In this document: piece by piece, positions 1 to 14,755 of the stretch | Layout: the number at the start of each line of letters is the position of its first letter | Numbering within the stretch: the first letter of the stretch is position 1 | Assembly: GCA_030704615.1 (NCBI GenBank) | Contig: CM060731.1 | Coordinates: 31,558,001 to 31,622,000 of the forward strand | Reading direction: 5' to 3' | Length of the DNA stretch: 64,000 nucleotides | DNA from: Takakia lepidozioides | Lineage: Eukaryota; Plantae; Bryophyta | Translations under genes and position numbers: made by a program | Notes under the pieces: generated by a model | What the model saw: the letters and a program-made list of their open reading frames with translations, nothing else | What the model was told of the DNA's origin: nothing | The model's database searches: none

Positions 1-1699
1 TGGGCCAACTGCATAGGCTTTGAATATATATATATATATATATACTAAACAGTAGACGGAGGCCCTGGAAATGCAATAAAATGTGACATAGAGAATATAA
101 ACTTTTTTGAAGTTGAACCCCAAGGTGGATAAAGGCTTTATGCAAACTTGCATTGAAACTCATTCAGTTCAAGACTTACAACAAGCTCAAATGCTAGGTA
201 ATCCACAAGGCGTAACACACTTAGGCCATGCCGTTTATGTAGGGAAGAGAGAAATTCATGATTCTTAATTGAATTATAATATTTTATTAATAATTTGGTT
301 CACCTTTGGTCCATCTGAATGATTGGAAGCATTTATATATTCATGGGCTCTTGACCATGCATCATATAATTTAATATGTATTTGATAAAATTTATTTAAT
401 TGGGAGGCTGTGCCAACTAGCCTACCCATACTCATGGTTGTGAGAGCATATTGCTGCTCCCACCACCGGTATTCCTCCGCCTCTTGGTATTGAGCAATTT
501 GGGGTCATGTAGCTCGGCTAGCGAGGACGGTAGGACATCTCCTAGAGGACTTTGAATCCTGGCCTAGAATCTTCCTGACGAATGCCAAACACCAAACTCC
601 CTACACCAAATCAAGCACATTCATCCACTCCAACCGTACATACATTAACACTCCAAAAACACACTCACCTGGAGAGCCCAAGCTCCCAGGTTTAAATGTT
701 TAAATAGATCATCTAGCCACTCCTGACATATATCAGGAAAAAACATCAGCTGCAGACTGCAGACCCCACAATTAAACTAAAGTGAAGGAGTCCGGAATCC
801 GTGTTTTCCTTTTTGGCAAAAAATTGCCAGATTTCGTTCTGGAAACTCGGTCAGCTACTTGTAACAAAGGAATTATGTGAGGTAAAATCCGAGATTTTCG
901 CCAGAAAGCAGCAGGAGATAAGCCTAATCTTGCCGACATGGACCAATGATTATGGGACACCTGGAATATAGTCACTTTTCTTACTTTGTCACCTCGATAT
1001 TCTCGCCACATGGGCACTGGGTGAAACTCACAGGTGGCGGAAATATGAAAAAAAAACACAGAGATACCTTACTAAAGGGAATACGCAGAGTTTGTAGATC
1101 CGTCAAACTGCACTCGGTGAAGGCAGAGTTAAAAGGGGCAAAGTTTCACAACCCATGAGTCAGATTCAGATACTCGGCCCGGGTTTAGACACATGCCATG
1201 ATATGTGCGGCTAAAATCGTTTTGGCTGCTCATCTCAGGCGCTCGTTGGGATGACGTGACAGGCTGAAACGAAAGATGTTTAAAGTGTCGACAGGCTAAA
1301 ATGCGGACGGCCAAGCCTCCATTTCGTACTCCACGACGTGCACTCCATCTCCATCTCAGGGAAACGTAACCACTTAGCAAAACATCGGCAAAACCTTTTG
1401 GCCGCTCGACCATTCTTGGGATGACCTAAAAGCTCGTTCTCAGTTTTGGCCCCTCAAAAGTGCCACATATGCATCCAGCAGTGCCACCTAGATTGGGAGT
1501 TTTTCATTGACCGGCCACGTCTAAACTATCAAACCTGAAATTCGTCCAATCATTGACCACCAAAACAAAATAAAACAGGTGGACGCTTTGCTGAAGCAAC
1601 GCGTAATCACTTGACTCCATAGGGCTATGGTCTTCCAGTGGGAAGGTGGACACGGTATCATTGACCACCATCGCATTTGGGCGCAGTCTAACCCCGGCC

Positions 1700-3151
1700 T
1701 CAGAATTCTATCTCTTGCCGCTCAGCCCAGAACTTTCCTGAAGGCCCTCCAGGAGGCTGGAGAGCTAGCCACACCCCAGTGTCAGCACCCACTCCAACCG
1801 GGTGGGGTCCAGTCCACTGGGGCCTGGGCTTGCGCGTAGGCCGTCGGGCAGAGAGCGCCTGAGCCATCATATCCGTTTCAGTAACCCCGGGACAGTAGCT
1901 GTTGACGACGATACTCTCGTCTTGCGGGCGGCCAGACAGGGCGCGGTGCAGTATGCTCACGTACGCATTCACCGCCATCTTCGAAACAGCGTACACCATT
2001 CCGAAATCGGGCCAACCCTTTTCCTTCCAAGTCCCAGCACTCACATCTTGGAGAAACTCAACAATGAAATTGTTGACAGTGGCTTCTTCGATGTGTTCCC
2101 GATCAGCCAACTCTTCATGAAACTTGTTTTCCAAGAACTGAAAAGGCAGTCAAAGAAACCACGTTACAGAAAACTATTTAAACCGATGTACTACCGCAAG
2201 ACAAGATGAGGAGACAAAAGCCCAGCCTGCTAGAGGCAAAGCTGGATAGACATTAATATGTCGCGATCTGATGAGGGAAGAAAGAGATCAATTCCACAAT
2301 GTCGGAGAGGGAGACCTGCAGAAGGCCAACTCGAGAGGAAACCACCACAATGCGAGCACCAGCCTGAGTCTGTCGTAAAACAGGGAGCAAGGCTTCTGTT
2401 ACACGCTTGACCCCGTCAAAGTTGGTGTTTATAACAGCTTTTGCATCTGCTACATCCGGAGGTCCAGTCTTGACGATCCCAGCATTATTTACCTGCCCAC
2501 GACAAAATGGACAAGTTTTTCAACTTCCAACAAAAGACTGGTACCCCGCCCCCCTCAATTTCTAACTTCTTCAGTGAGTGTCCTAGTGGCTCGCGTCTGT
2601 CTTTATAAGAGTCTAGTATCATCTTTACTGGGCCTGGATCTTTTCCAGACAGTAGGAGGGACAGGATCCCGGGCAGTTATAACACGCCCTCTGAATTGGG
2701 GAATTATTGCCAAACTCACCAAGATATCGATACCACCATAAGTGTCGCGAAGCCAATTTGCCAGTGTCCGTGCAGAATCTTCGCTGGTGACATCGAGAAG
2801 ATGGAAAGCAACCTGTTGTAACCCTTCTTTTTTCAAAGCTTCCAGAGCCTCACGCCCACGATGTTCATCGCGTGCAGTTAGAACTATGGTGATCCCATGC
2901 TTTGCCAATTGTCGTGCAATCTCGAAGCCTATGCCCTTGTTGGCCCCCGTCACCACTGCCACTGTGTCCTTCGACCACCACCTCCTTCTGCACGCTTACG
3001 AGTAGCCAAGTCAGATCAGCAGAACCGGGGTAAAGATTATCTAAAACTAGATTTTAAAACCATCGAACATCCACCACATCAAATCCACAGCGTATGCGAA
3101 GCTATGACGAGCGGGATGAGAGTCGCAGACTCACTCTGTATCTGAATCCAT
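1700..3151 (-). CDS. Short-chain dehydrogenase/reductase, carbonyl reductase/(+)-neomenthol dehydrogenase-like; 4 exons (3135-3151, 2720-2987, 2316-2492, 1700-2137), ~299 aa
   Basis: Spliced reading MDSDTERRWWSKDTVAVVTGANKGIG (TGxxxGIG Rossmann motif), DILVNNAG, catalytic YAVSK, CPGVTETDM, GADTGVWLAL. All introns are GT-AG and the phases add up. Confidence 0.93.
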
Positions 3152-4202
3152 GGCTTCCTCCCCGTGATCAATTCTACTTCCCAGCTGCTGTTTGGACCGC
3201 GTGGCCTTCACTGTGTGACTGCAGCGTCTCCTTCCCTTCTTTCTGTTCTATGTATACTCTCTCAACAGTCCCAGTCTCCGTCTTCCTCGGAATTAGCATC
3301 TTCGCACGTGTAGAGTGGGCATCACACAATCACTACCACAGTGTAGTCCTGATTCACACGTATCTCAAATCGACCTTCCGACGCAGCATCTTCACCGCTT
3401 GGTTAACTGCCAACCAACCTTCAAGCACTGACGTTCTCTGATGACAGATCTGCATATGTCATTCGCGCGGAGGAAGCTGCACCCGTGAACTCATTTGACA
3501 CCTATGGCAGCACTTACACTCTGGACTAGGTGAGCTCTGCTACGGACTTGGTAGCCGGGGAGGCAAGACCGGCTAGGAGGTGTAGCCGCACACCTGTAGT
3601 GCCTGTCCATCCACGAAGTCTTGAATATGCATGCAGTAGAATATACAATAACAATTTGCCCATCCAGGTACATGCATGACGAACCAAAAGTGATATGACT
3701 TTTGTACTTGCAGGGTATCAGATATTGGTCCGACCATCGCGAAACGTTTGTTTGGTGTTTCATTCAAAGCCTTCGGTTATGTTACTTGGAATGTGCAGTG
3801 AAGCCTGTTTCCCACAGCTAGTTGAAGCTACCATCTCAAGTACAGTTGGTCACTCGTCCAGTAGTTCCGTATGATCCTTCTGCTTTGTAGAGCCCAAAGC
3901 AAGTTATGTATTTTAATTGGATGAACTGCAAGGGGAAAATATTTGGAGCAGACAAACAATGTACTTATCGAGTTAGCTCCCCATCACGAATGCTGTTTCA
4001 GGTCGGTGGAGGCTGCAAGATCATCCCAGCACAGCTTTGGGCCGAACATGTCCTCCACAGGTTCATATGCCTTCAAAAGATGCAGGCGTGTCAGAGAGAA
4101 CCGCGACTGGAATAAAATTTTCCACTAACTAGACGAGGTCCCGTCGGCCTAAGGCGTTCCGAAGGACGCGCCAGGATCAATTACGAATTGTTAGGGTGAG
4201 CA

Positions 4203-6640
4203 ATGAGGCTGTCGATGGTGCAGGCGTTGTCTACTCGGCAAGTCTGTGATTGCTCTTGGCCTTGGGTGGTCCCCTCAGAGACCCTCCTACCACAGCAGCA
4301 TTCGGGGGACACAAAGAAGAAGAAGCAAGCTAAAATTCCTGCAAGGCCTGCGAGGCAACGTGTGGATCTTCCAAAGCTCTTGGATCGTCTGCCTCCCCAT
4401 TCCAACGGTATGGTCTTCATTCTCTGCTATGGTGCCACTTTCGCTAGAATCTCAGATTTGTGGCCGGCTCAGCAAAGCCAACTGATTAACTCTGCAGGAA
4501 AGCTTCCCTGGGTTTCCACAAGGAAGTTCCAGCACACAGCATGTGAACAATCCAAGTCCAGTGCCCTGGATACAGACCGAGTTCTAGGTGTATTTGGTCC
4601 AATACTGCAATCTGGGTATTAAGTATACAAAGTGGGCTAGAGCCTTTGGTGAAATTCCAGCTACTTTAGATACAAGCATGTAGGTCTGAGACAGCATGCA
4701 AAGAATTTTGAAGACTGGATGGACTGCTGGGCAGGGCTTGGGGCAAGGCTGGAAAGTACGCACGTGTGGCTGCCACCACCTCCTCGAGTGGAGAAGCCAC
4801 GAGCCATGCATAATGCAGCTTCCCTTGCATACTTGGGTGATGCTGTTTATGAGGTTCTTGTTTCTGGCATTTCTCATTCTGGGTTTGTACAATTGGTTAA
4901 GACTAGTAATTTCTGTCTGTTGAGGTGGGGAAATGTTGACTTGAGAGGGATGGGTGTTGGCAGATGTATGTGCGGTGCCATTTTTTGACACCCCCACAAA
5001 GTTTAGACAAGTACAACAGCCGCGTCATGGCCTTGGTATGCTGTGAAGCACAGGTTTGTATGATGAGACCCTCAAGTCGAAATGGCTGTTAATTGCACTA
5101 GGTATGAGGTATATGGGTTCAGGATCCCTGGTCCTTCCTTGTAACAATGTTGGTTCCAGGACTTTGTCTGGGATAGTACTGTCATCAGTACATATGACTC
5201 AGACACTCAGCAGGCTATGGTGGTCTGATTGTAATGAATTTCCTGCTCTGTTTGGATCAGAACAACTAGACATGTTGTTTCGTGCTCTAGTGCATAGTCA
5301 GCTTCTTTCAAATGTCTTGTAAGCATTTGGTGGAAGTTGAAGCAAGCAAGGCGCAGATGAATGCGTGTTGACATCTTGTAGACATTTGGCAGGATGCGTT
5401 GCTGCGGCGTTTAGTCAAAGATGACTTCCTTTCAGATGAAGAGAGGTAGCAGCATCCTGACTATGACATGAGTGGGTGAATCAATATTTGCACCATGCAA
5501 TAGTCAGATCCTAAACCACCGGATGCTTGAAGTGTATGAGCCAGAACTCCTTTACTATGGACTTATAGACTGGTTTTCCATGCAACCAACATGATGTTGT
5601 TTGTGGTCCACTGTATCTATTTTATAAGAGGCAATTACACTGGCCTGAGCAAACCCCTCCCCTTTCAAATAAACCACATCCTGTGATTAAGCCAGGTTTG
5701 AGTGTTATGTGTGTGGCATTGAACATGTAGGATGTAAAGTGGATGTTAACTTTATCACAAACCAAGAATTCGGGTGGTTGGCAGGAATGTGGTCAGGTGG
5801 GGAAAGAACATTGAATCAGGGCAAAGACGTGCAACGAGGCGAGCTGGAGCAGCAATGTACAGTAGTGCATCGTCCTTGGAAACTCTCGTAAGGCCCATCT
5901 TCTCTCTTTCTGTTGTGCCCTTGAAGAGAAAAGGCTGGACTTCTGCTATTCCACTACTGCTGATTGATGTGACTATCTACCTTAGAATTGTTTGAGTCAT
6001 CATTGTGATTTATGTAAATGGGAAACTAGTATATGTGTCAGTGAGGCAGGCGGCCAATTTCAACTGACAACTCCATGAGTTCGGATAAGACCTGCTGCTG
6101 TACAAAATATCAGAACCTATTTGGAGTAAAAGACATATCAACTTCTCTATGCTAAGAACTAAGCCAGAGAAAGAAAAAGGAATTTATTTCATCTGCAGAA
6201 GGCTCCAGGGAACACCAATAGAAGAATAATGAATAACAAAGAACAAGAGAAATGAGGTCTAAATGTCTCTGCCTTGATGAGCAGCCACTGGAAAGGGATG
6301 GGGATAAGGAATGAGTACTTAATGAGGCACCTTCCCAATGCGTTGACAAAGGCAGGGGGGGTGCATGGTAAGTATCAATTGGCTTGTGGGGTGGATTCTG
6401 AGTGCTGTTATGCATAGAATAGAATTAACTGAGAAGCTGTGTGTTATATGTCGGTATGGTGTGCAGATAGGATATCTTTATCTGACCAATGGGCTACGGC
6501 TCAAGGAACTCATGGCTAAACTTGGATTCAGTGATGAGAGCAGCTCCTTGCTTGCTGGGTTAAGCTTTGGTCAATCAACCACAGATGGTAGGCCCAGCAC
6601 ACAACAACCACATCCACTGTCTAATGCAACCGAACCTTAG
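4203..6640 (+). CDS. Mini-ribonuclease III (plant plastid RNC3/RNC4-like); exons ~4203-4408, 4685-4853, 4964-5053, 5393-5445, 5785-5887, 6467-6640
   Basis: RNase III signature NAASLAYLGDAVYE, then MYVRCHFL...VCCEAQ, DALLRRL...LSDEER, VVRWGKN, YSSASSLETL|IGYLYL. No dsRBD. GT-AG junctions are in frame. The start codon is the least certain part. Confidence 0.88.
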
Positions 6641-6944
6641 AGGTTTGATAACTTTGAGAAGCCCCAATGGTGTGCAAGATAACAGACTGGGATACCATAC
6701 TGAACATTTCCCTGTATGGTTCTTGAATAGCAGGATCTTCATCAGCAGATGTCTTGGTGAAGTCGCAATTTTCTCTCAATTTTCATCAATTAGGTCACCT
6801 AGTGAAAGACATCTGCTGGATGAATAAAGAGGGATTGTGGATGTTGTCCGGCTCTCTGTTTTGGCAGTGTACTTTCAAAGCATAGACGGACCCAAGGAAT
6901 TTGGATTCCAAGTAGGCTTTCTAGACATTTTAGGAGCCTTAGGT

Positions 6945-7170
6945 CACTACAGCAAATCTGGGGAAATCTCTACCCCCCCCCAAATTCACACACAAAGCAC
7001 ACCCCCTAAATTTTAGGTCTTCCACTATGCAATTTGAGAGAGCACCTTGTATGTGCCCGTAATTGTGAATTGGAGGCCATTCACCAAAGAGACACATGGG
7101 TATTGGAAAATTTTCACGCTCAACCCATTTTTTTGTCATGTAATTTCATTTGGGTTCCAATTTTTGTCAT
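6945..7170 (+). mobile_element. Possible orphan CACTA terminus
   Basis: CACTACAGCAAAT at 6945-6957 is identical to the first 13 nt of the CACTA TIR at 46502. No partner end was found; the right boundary is a guess. Confidence 0.35.
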
Positions 7171-8118
7171 TTCTTTAATTATAATCTCCCATATGCGGCG
7201 GTCAAACCTGCCCAGATATCTTGATGGTGTTCATGTTGTCTTGAAGCTCACAACAGACGTTGATGGCATGTTCTAAAACCATGTGTGGCAGGGTATGTGA
7301 TTGTGTGCAATATGTCAAATCAACAACTTCATGGCATTATCTAAAACAGGTACAGAGGCAGGCCTACATGGGTGATCAACTTCTGCAATCTTCCACCATA
7401 ATTGACTTACATAGGCTGTGCTTTGTCTTGCAACCCCTCTTCTCCTGTCTTCACGGCTTCCTTTTCCAGTCATAGCTCTGTGTGTTGAATTGAAGGAGTC
7501 ATTTACTGAGTCCTCCAGACAGAGTTCCAAGGACCCATTGACTAGCTGGGTCCAGAAGTCAAGCCTGACAATCCACTCAAGCATGATGTGTCCAAACTCA
7601 ATGATTCTAGGCGTCTCAAGGACGTTTCATGACTACTTGACACATGCGAAAACCTGCTTGAGTGGGCCCAACAATACTCAACTCAAAAACCGTTATATAA
7701 CGCCACACTTACATGATGGAGACCTGCAAATCACATATTACCATCTAATATGCGACAGGGCATGGTGGCATGTACACAGCATCCTTGTCTAAGGTAAGAA
7801 TTAAAATACAGAGTATCACCCCATACACCAACTAGGACGGGGACTGTAGATGCCTCCTGAGTTCAAAGGGCAACACTTCTAACCCCACAGCTTGCTTTTC
7901 AGATGCAGACAACAGTTGTGCAGATAGAATTGATACTAGGACTAGCAGCGTCCTGAGACAGACAGAAAGACATGGGCACCGTTGCAACAAATTGGAATTG
8001 ATTCTATTTGAGGTACACAATAGACTCGCATGATGGAGACAACAAATTACGTTAAAAAAAAGTGGCTCTCTAAATTCATGAAGGAGAGCCATTTGAACTC
8101 GTATCACAGAATCCCATG

Positions 8119-11100
8119 TCAAACAGTGGCTGGTTCTTCACTCTTCTCAGCTTCTTGCGGTTTTAGCTTTGACTTATCTGTTGCAGACTGGGCTTGTGCC
8201 TGTGCCTTTTGCGCTGCAGCTTTGTTGGGTCCAATAGTCATGTTCATCGCTCTCCCCTCAATAGCCATTTTACTCTCAACAACCCCTAGCTGTGATCCGC
8301 CCCCACAGTACAACCAAACTCCTCTTCAAATAAGTAATGAGCACTATAACAACAATGTTGAAAGAGAGCACCTCTATCTCACTTTCCAGCATACAACCTA
8401 GGTCATCAGATTGGTGGGCATCCTGCAGAACTCTCAGCTCATCCCAGGTCCCCAAGACTGCTCACCCTCTGTCCCCAGTAAGCCAAGATAACATAATGAC
8501 AATAAGGTCATGAAGATCAGGGAGCCTACTTCACCAATGTCCTCTGCAAACTTCGCGAAGAGTTTGAATGCAAGGTCTTTGAAGTCCATCTCCCGACCCT
8601 TGAATTGGCACACCACCTTCACCTGAGCACAGTGGAAACCAAGAAAGAGGAAGAGTAACTCAGGAGTCTTTATTCTTGAAGATGGCAGGCTGGTCCCTTG
8701 AGTGCTGACCTCTCTGCATAACAAATTACACCATAACTGTGTAACAGACGACATGGTCATTTTGTTACAGTGAGACCCGTATACTTCAGTAAGAACTTAT
8801 TTACACGAATGCTGCCTGAGAGGTAGTTTCCAGTTCTATGAAGCTACTCTGGGTGTGGATGGTAACTCGTTAATCTAATGGGGAATGAAGAAACTGACAT
8901 AATAATTCGAATAACAGGCCAGCATACAAACCTTGTCACCATCCCTTAAAAAGCGTTGTGCTGCTCGGAGGCGCACATCATAATCATGTGTATCAATATT
9001 GTACCTTCATCACCAAAAAAAGTGCAAATAAGCCAGCAGTTGATGAGGCAGTTTACTGGGGAGGCAAGACACTTCCAGCAGTGACTGTAAAATCCATCCA
9101 ACATGTAAACTGTGCATCCTAAATCAATCAAAGAGACCTTACTGGCAACAGTGGAGGTACAAAGGGAATATTCATACCGCATTTTCAATTCTTTGAGCTC
9201 CTGCCGGCTTGCTAAGAGCAAGAGTGCACCCACCACAAAGCAGAACAGGGTAAGATATTACAGTAATTGAGTCAATACCCTACTGAATTCCTTGCGTACA
9301 TGGTCCATGGCATACCCTTGACAGTATAGTCCACATAAGATACAAACACTCTGAGAGTCAATTGTGGGATTTTAATCCCCGAGGGTAACCAAAAACTGCA
9401 ATGAATGTAGCGGCAACGGAATTTGACAAAGGACCAGCTACAAAACGACCGTTTATAGTCCTCCTAATCGAGGTGTGATACCATGCTGGGGCCATACTAC
9501 AGCACCTCTACAAGAGGATGGTCTCAATGAAATGGCAGAAGAACATACCAGCAGCCTTCTTTTGAGCCTCCCTCTTCTTCTTCTGCAGTTCATACCTATA
9601 TTTACTGTGGATCACAACGCAACAGTGAACTCAGTGGTCGAAACAAGACTTAGTTTACAAACATGTCATGCGAATCCATGATGAGTAAGAAGTATTATAA
9701 AGAGAAGAGTTTTGAGATGAATTCCCTGAGGATCCAGAATCCACAAGATTCTACCGGCACCATCATCTCTCCTGAGTGAGAATGCAAGAAACATAAACCA
9801 AACCATATTACAAACATATACCCATACCTGTAATCCATAACTCTAACTACAGGTGGGTCGGCATCTGGGGATATCATCACCTGCAGCAAAACAGAGTTAA
9901 TTTAGGTCCATCCGTAAGAAGTCCTGAGATTGTGCATTAAGACCTAATTCAACTTCTGATTGTGGTAATGGCACTGACAACTGATCCAAAATGAGAATTT
10001 TGCCATTGTTTGCAGGTTGCCAGAAGGCCCAGGCTGACTCTATTGGTGCTATTAATGCTCATCGTCTCTTGTCAACATACTGATGCTAACTACAATAACC
10101 AAATGTAGGTGCAACATCCGGGCACACATGAAAGGAGAGGGAGTCCCACAAGATCAAGCTCAGCGTCCCTTGATTTCTCAAGTGCTTCCTGTATAGACAC
10201 AACGCCCACCTGCCATTCCATAAGCCCACCCACATTACAATTTCTGTAAAATCTTCGGCAAATTGTGTCAAGGTGCAATATTTAATCCGGCATCCAACCC
10301 AGGAGATTGACAGTGAGGGGACAAAACTGGCCTACATCAGCAATGGTACCTGTTTGGTGAAAACGAACAAGTACATTCTGTCTCTGGTTGAAGCTCAACT
10401 AGTGATGGTCTCTGAATTTGAATGCAGAGATGTTGCAGTACTTGCAAAGCAGGTAAACCAGGAAGATTGTTGAAGTCTTCAGCCAATAAATGGGGGCGTA
10501 CAATTACTTACCACTCACCAGAGAAACTTCTACCAGGGTCTGCAAGGCTTCTGAGAAATTGTGTAAGGACAGTGATAACTTGTCCTTAATTTTATGGCGC
10601 CCAAAAGGTATAGCAGCCCGGGTGCAACACTCACATGCTTTAGGAACTTACTGATAGTGTTGTTATTAGGGTGCGTGACCAATATGGTACTCAATGTGAT
10701 ACCATTGGGTTGCAACAGTTTTCTTACTGTAATCCCACTGTAAGAAGGTCACCTAACCTGGAGGAGGTGTATTCTGTGGAATCAGTATCGACATGGCTGC
10801 TGCATAAGGTGCATGATGAAGTTCGTGGGACCTCCTTAACTCATGCTTTAACAATTGAGCCAAAACCTTGCATACAAAAGAGCATTGACCAGAAGTCTTT
10901 TGCTCCTCGAGTAAACGGCACTGGTAACATTTCTGAGCATCATGCTCAATACACGTACAAGTCTCTCCATGGCTGTAAAATTTTCAAACGAAAGGGAAGC
11001 TGGACACCCAAAATTTTGAGCTAGGACTCACAGTGCACGATGATTCCTGTTGGTTGTGCTAGCTGTATGTCTGTCATGAAACGGGGGGCTTAAAGTGTGA

Positions 11101-12154
11101 CGGAGCATGGGGTGAGAGAGAGAGAGAGAGAGTGTGTGTGTGTGGCTGGCCACAATAAGAAGAACCAGTTGGTTATACAAAGGCTGGCATTGACACCATT
11201 ATTGTAAAGGACAGACAGATACACTGGAAAGAAAGAACCCGAACCAATGGACATACCATGTTTTGTTCTGCGTCCAGCAGCCTAACCGTAGGTGCTCTGC
11301 ATCAACCCCCACTCTGCTCATCAATCTATCTGTCCTACCACAACAAGTAGGATGGCAGCAATTTGTTGCCTTCAATTGAAACTCTCCTTCCCCGATTTTG
11401 CTCTTGCGAAAAACTAATTTGCACGGGAACTCATTCTCTGAGTCACCCTACCGCGGAAATTCATATTTGGGTGCAAGTCTGTCACTCATAACTCCCACTC
11501 ACTTGCTTATGTCCTCCATGTATACTCCCAATCTTCAACTATTCTGAGCGGTTGCCTGTTTTGTGATTCGTGAGCACAACTACAATAACCCACAACGACA
11601 CTAGGATCGAGTTTCAAAGGAGACAGAATGTATACTCATCCGCGTTTCCTTTACCCTTATACAGATACCGTCGCCTTCAGTCTTAGACCAGGCCAGACTG
11701 CGGCCCCCACCCCCCTTCAAATCTCTGCCACAGCCCATCTGCTAAACAGCTTTACCCACCTCAGAAAGCAAGAGACAGGCTACCTGATGTCATTATTGAT
11801 GAGCGGGCCGTCACTCTGAACTTGCTCCTCCCCCGGTGCCCTCCGAGGACTCGTGATGCGCGGCCTTCTCGCCCCTGCAGGAGGCCGGGAGCCTCCAGCT
11901 CTTCCAACTATAACCAGTCTCCCTCTCCCTTCCGTCCCTACATTAAACCCACTAACCCCGACCCTTCCAAACCCATCCCCCGCGCTCACCCTCTCGCGGC
12001 ATTCGCCTGCCGCACTGCTTAGGCATCCACACGAGGTCAAAGAGACACTGGGAATTGCGCATGAGTCAGGATTTGAGTCTCTGAATCCAAAAGATGATTT
12101 ACTGTATGTGTTTGTGAGCGATGTGAGAAAGGGCCGTGCCCCCAGCACAGCCAT
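8119..12154 (-). CDS. IF3: Organellar (probably plastid) translation initiation factor IF-3; 9 exons (11784-12154, 11257-11296, 10150-10209, 9828-9880, 9549-9604, 9178-9211, 8932-9004, 8530-8622, 8119-8289)
   Basis: Ser-rich transit-peptide-like N-terminus, then [66 protein letters not shown]...FLRDGDKVKVVCQFKGRE, EGRAMNMTIGP (IF3 N and C domains). Splice phases are consistent. Confidence 0.93.
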
Positions 12155-12717
12155 ACTCCTGCTCCCCTCTTACCACCTGCTATCCTCCCCTACTGCATGG
12201 AATAGCAGAAGTTAAACCTTGCAATTAAGGGTTAAGGAACACGAGATGCACAGTGCAATATTTGTCTCACGCAGCAACTCTCGCAATGCGAGAGACGGAG
12301 AGTTGAGGAGTTGTGAGGAGATAAGGTCTCTTCCTCACTTTCTGGGAATTTTAAGAAATATTTTTCCCGCTGCTGAAAAAACATTTGAGCGTCGATGCAT
12401 GAGATCCAAGCATCGATATTTTTCTACCATTTATGAGATTTAGATATTGAAGCTGTTGTGATCGTCTTCATCGATCCTCTTCTAGGTTTCCACATGGGCG
12501 ATGTTTCAGGGCTTTCCAAGTTTGCTTGTCTGGTAGATTCTAGTTGGGCAGAAGAGCGTTTGTCACATGTTACTACATGTAGCGTTCGGATTGCAAGCAA
12601 CCATGTGAAGGAGTTAAAATAAAGTCCAGGAGGATTGGGCGATATGTATTGCAGGAAATTCTCGCAAAGGGATGAAGGTGTCTAGGGTACATTGTCTCTG
12701 CGTCTTCTCTACGCAGG

Positions 12718-14718
12718 ATGGCAGCGTGCTCCGCCGCTCTCCCGAGGGCGACGGGAGAGGCCATACCCGAAGCCCTCTACTCTTCATCTGGGGAGCGGAG
12801 GGGAAGCCCCAGTGCATGCGGAGTTGCTGTGAAGGTGAGATGGCCATCCACCTTGGCGAGCTCGACCTCAGGACCCTGGGGGGCTATGAGACCTTCCCAA
12901 CCTCCACTTATACCGGACAAAGGTATATATTTGTAAATCTTTGTGCACAATATGCTGTGGTGCCTCTGGATCAGTTTAAACAGTTCACAGCAACAATTGT
13001 ATTGTATGGACAAGGCCGAGAGACGTCTCCCTTATGACCCTCTCTGAGAAGCCAACGTACTCTTGAAGTCATAGTCCTGGAGCGAGTTTTGGGGTTTCTA
13101 CCCATCGGCAGATTATGGGGGATAATTATTGCTGTTAAGGTCTCTGCACACAACATCTCAGAAAACAATATGCTGCTTTAGCCCCCAATCCCATACAGAT
13201 TTGACATTTGCGATGGCACTGCCAGCCAGAGTGTTTGAGAGAGAGAGAGAGAGAGAGACATCAGTCCGCCTAATTTAGGCACCATCAAACTGCCTCTGCC
13301 TCCATACCTCTATTTACAAATCCCTACTGGAAAACCAGTTTTCAGGTGTTTTCAATGGCCGTCACATGCACACTAGGCAGGCCCTTCTCACAAACAGATC
13401 TGCCTCCTCACTTTCATACCTAGGAAGCAACAATAGAATCAGGAAGTGCACTAATGTCTACTTAAAACGTAACTCCTTTCCATACAGGTGCAAGCTCATA
13501 GATCCTCTTCAACCCATTCAGAGAAAAACAGCAGTAGTATGTCTACAAAATCAACATGCACATTTGAGGAACGAGAGAGCTCAAAGCCTCACTCCCTTAG
13601 TCTGTTGCCCTTAGTAGCATTTCCTGCAACAGAAGAAGGTGATGTGGCCTCACCTGGATTATCACAGCCATCCAACATGTTGTCGATCCCAGTGGAAACC
13701 CAGGCTTAATCCATGTCACATTTGTTAGCAATGTCATCCCTGCAGCAGGTCATACCAGCAAAGAGAGGAGAGTTAAGGGAGGTCCTTTCGGCCATTTCAG
13801 CCAGCAGTAGGTACACAATTCAGCAGCATCTATTTCAGCCCAGCTCCAGAGGGAGGGGGTGGCAGTCTCCGACAGTAAGCACCCATTTCCGAAAGGAAGG
13901 TGTTACTAGACCAAGTTCTCAAGTAAGGCTCACATAGAAGCCCTTGGTTTGCAAAAGTATTCCTAGATTCAAAGTAGAGCTAGTCAAGGCAAATTCCTGA
14001 AAGTGTCCACTCTCTTTGTGTGGCCGTACCAAGGGCCAATACACACTAGGGACAGGCTGAAACACACCAATCAAATTTGGCACATTGACTCATTTTGGTC
14101 ATGGCCCTTGGCCGCCGTTGTTTAGACACTGGCCATCCCAAGAGCCTGCAAGAAAACAAAGAATGGTGGCAACTGTCGTCTCACCAATTGACCTAAACAG
14201 GTTTTGGGACCACCCCAAAGGGTGGCCCCTAATTTTGATGTTTTGGCTGCTGAGGTGGCGCTGAGTAGGATCCATTTCAGTTTGGCTGCAGGCCCATGTG
14301 TAACCATCAGATGGTGCCAGTTTGAGCCGCACACAAAGGGACAGAAACTGCCTTTGTCAGGGCTGATGGTGGTAGTATGACTTACCGAGTTTTCCAGATA
14401 TCCTCCTGAAATCCCTTCACACAAGCATCAATCTGCTGTGTGTGGTTTGCCCAATAACTAGGCCCCAAAAGGGCCTGGGGCTTTTAGCTCAGCCTCGAGA
14501 TTTTCAAAGTTGGTAAACAGAGGTACAGGCACAAATCCCTTGATGGATTTGAAGAGGGTGTCTCTCTAGTGAGAGTACCCAGGACAATCAATCAGAAAAT
14601 GGATATTGTCTTCAGGTTGCCAACACAACGGGCATTTGCAATCCCCCTTTCCTCTCTGCATCTGTTTGCTGTTCAAAGGCAGGCTCCCCGCCCTGAGTTT
14701 AATTTTCAGTCTAGTGCC

Positions 14719-14755
<37 letters not shown>

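Noticed and set aside
770-1630. Short ORFs and a possible repeat element downstream of the SDR
   Set aside because: No TIR, TSD or domain could be identified by eye.
7200-7800. Coding-looking stretch between Mini-III and IF3
   Set aside because: No recognisable motif or consistent exon structure.
13480-14000. Possible extra exons or a second degenerate PDF motif (EAL-W-like at ~13937)
   Set aside because: Needs several frameshifts and the splice phases do not fit; too weak to call.
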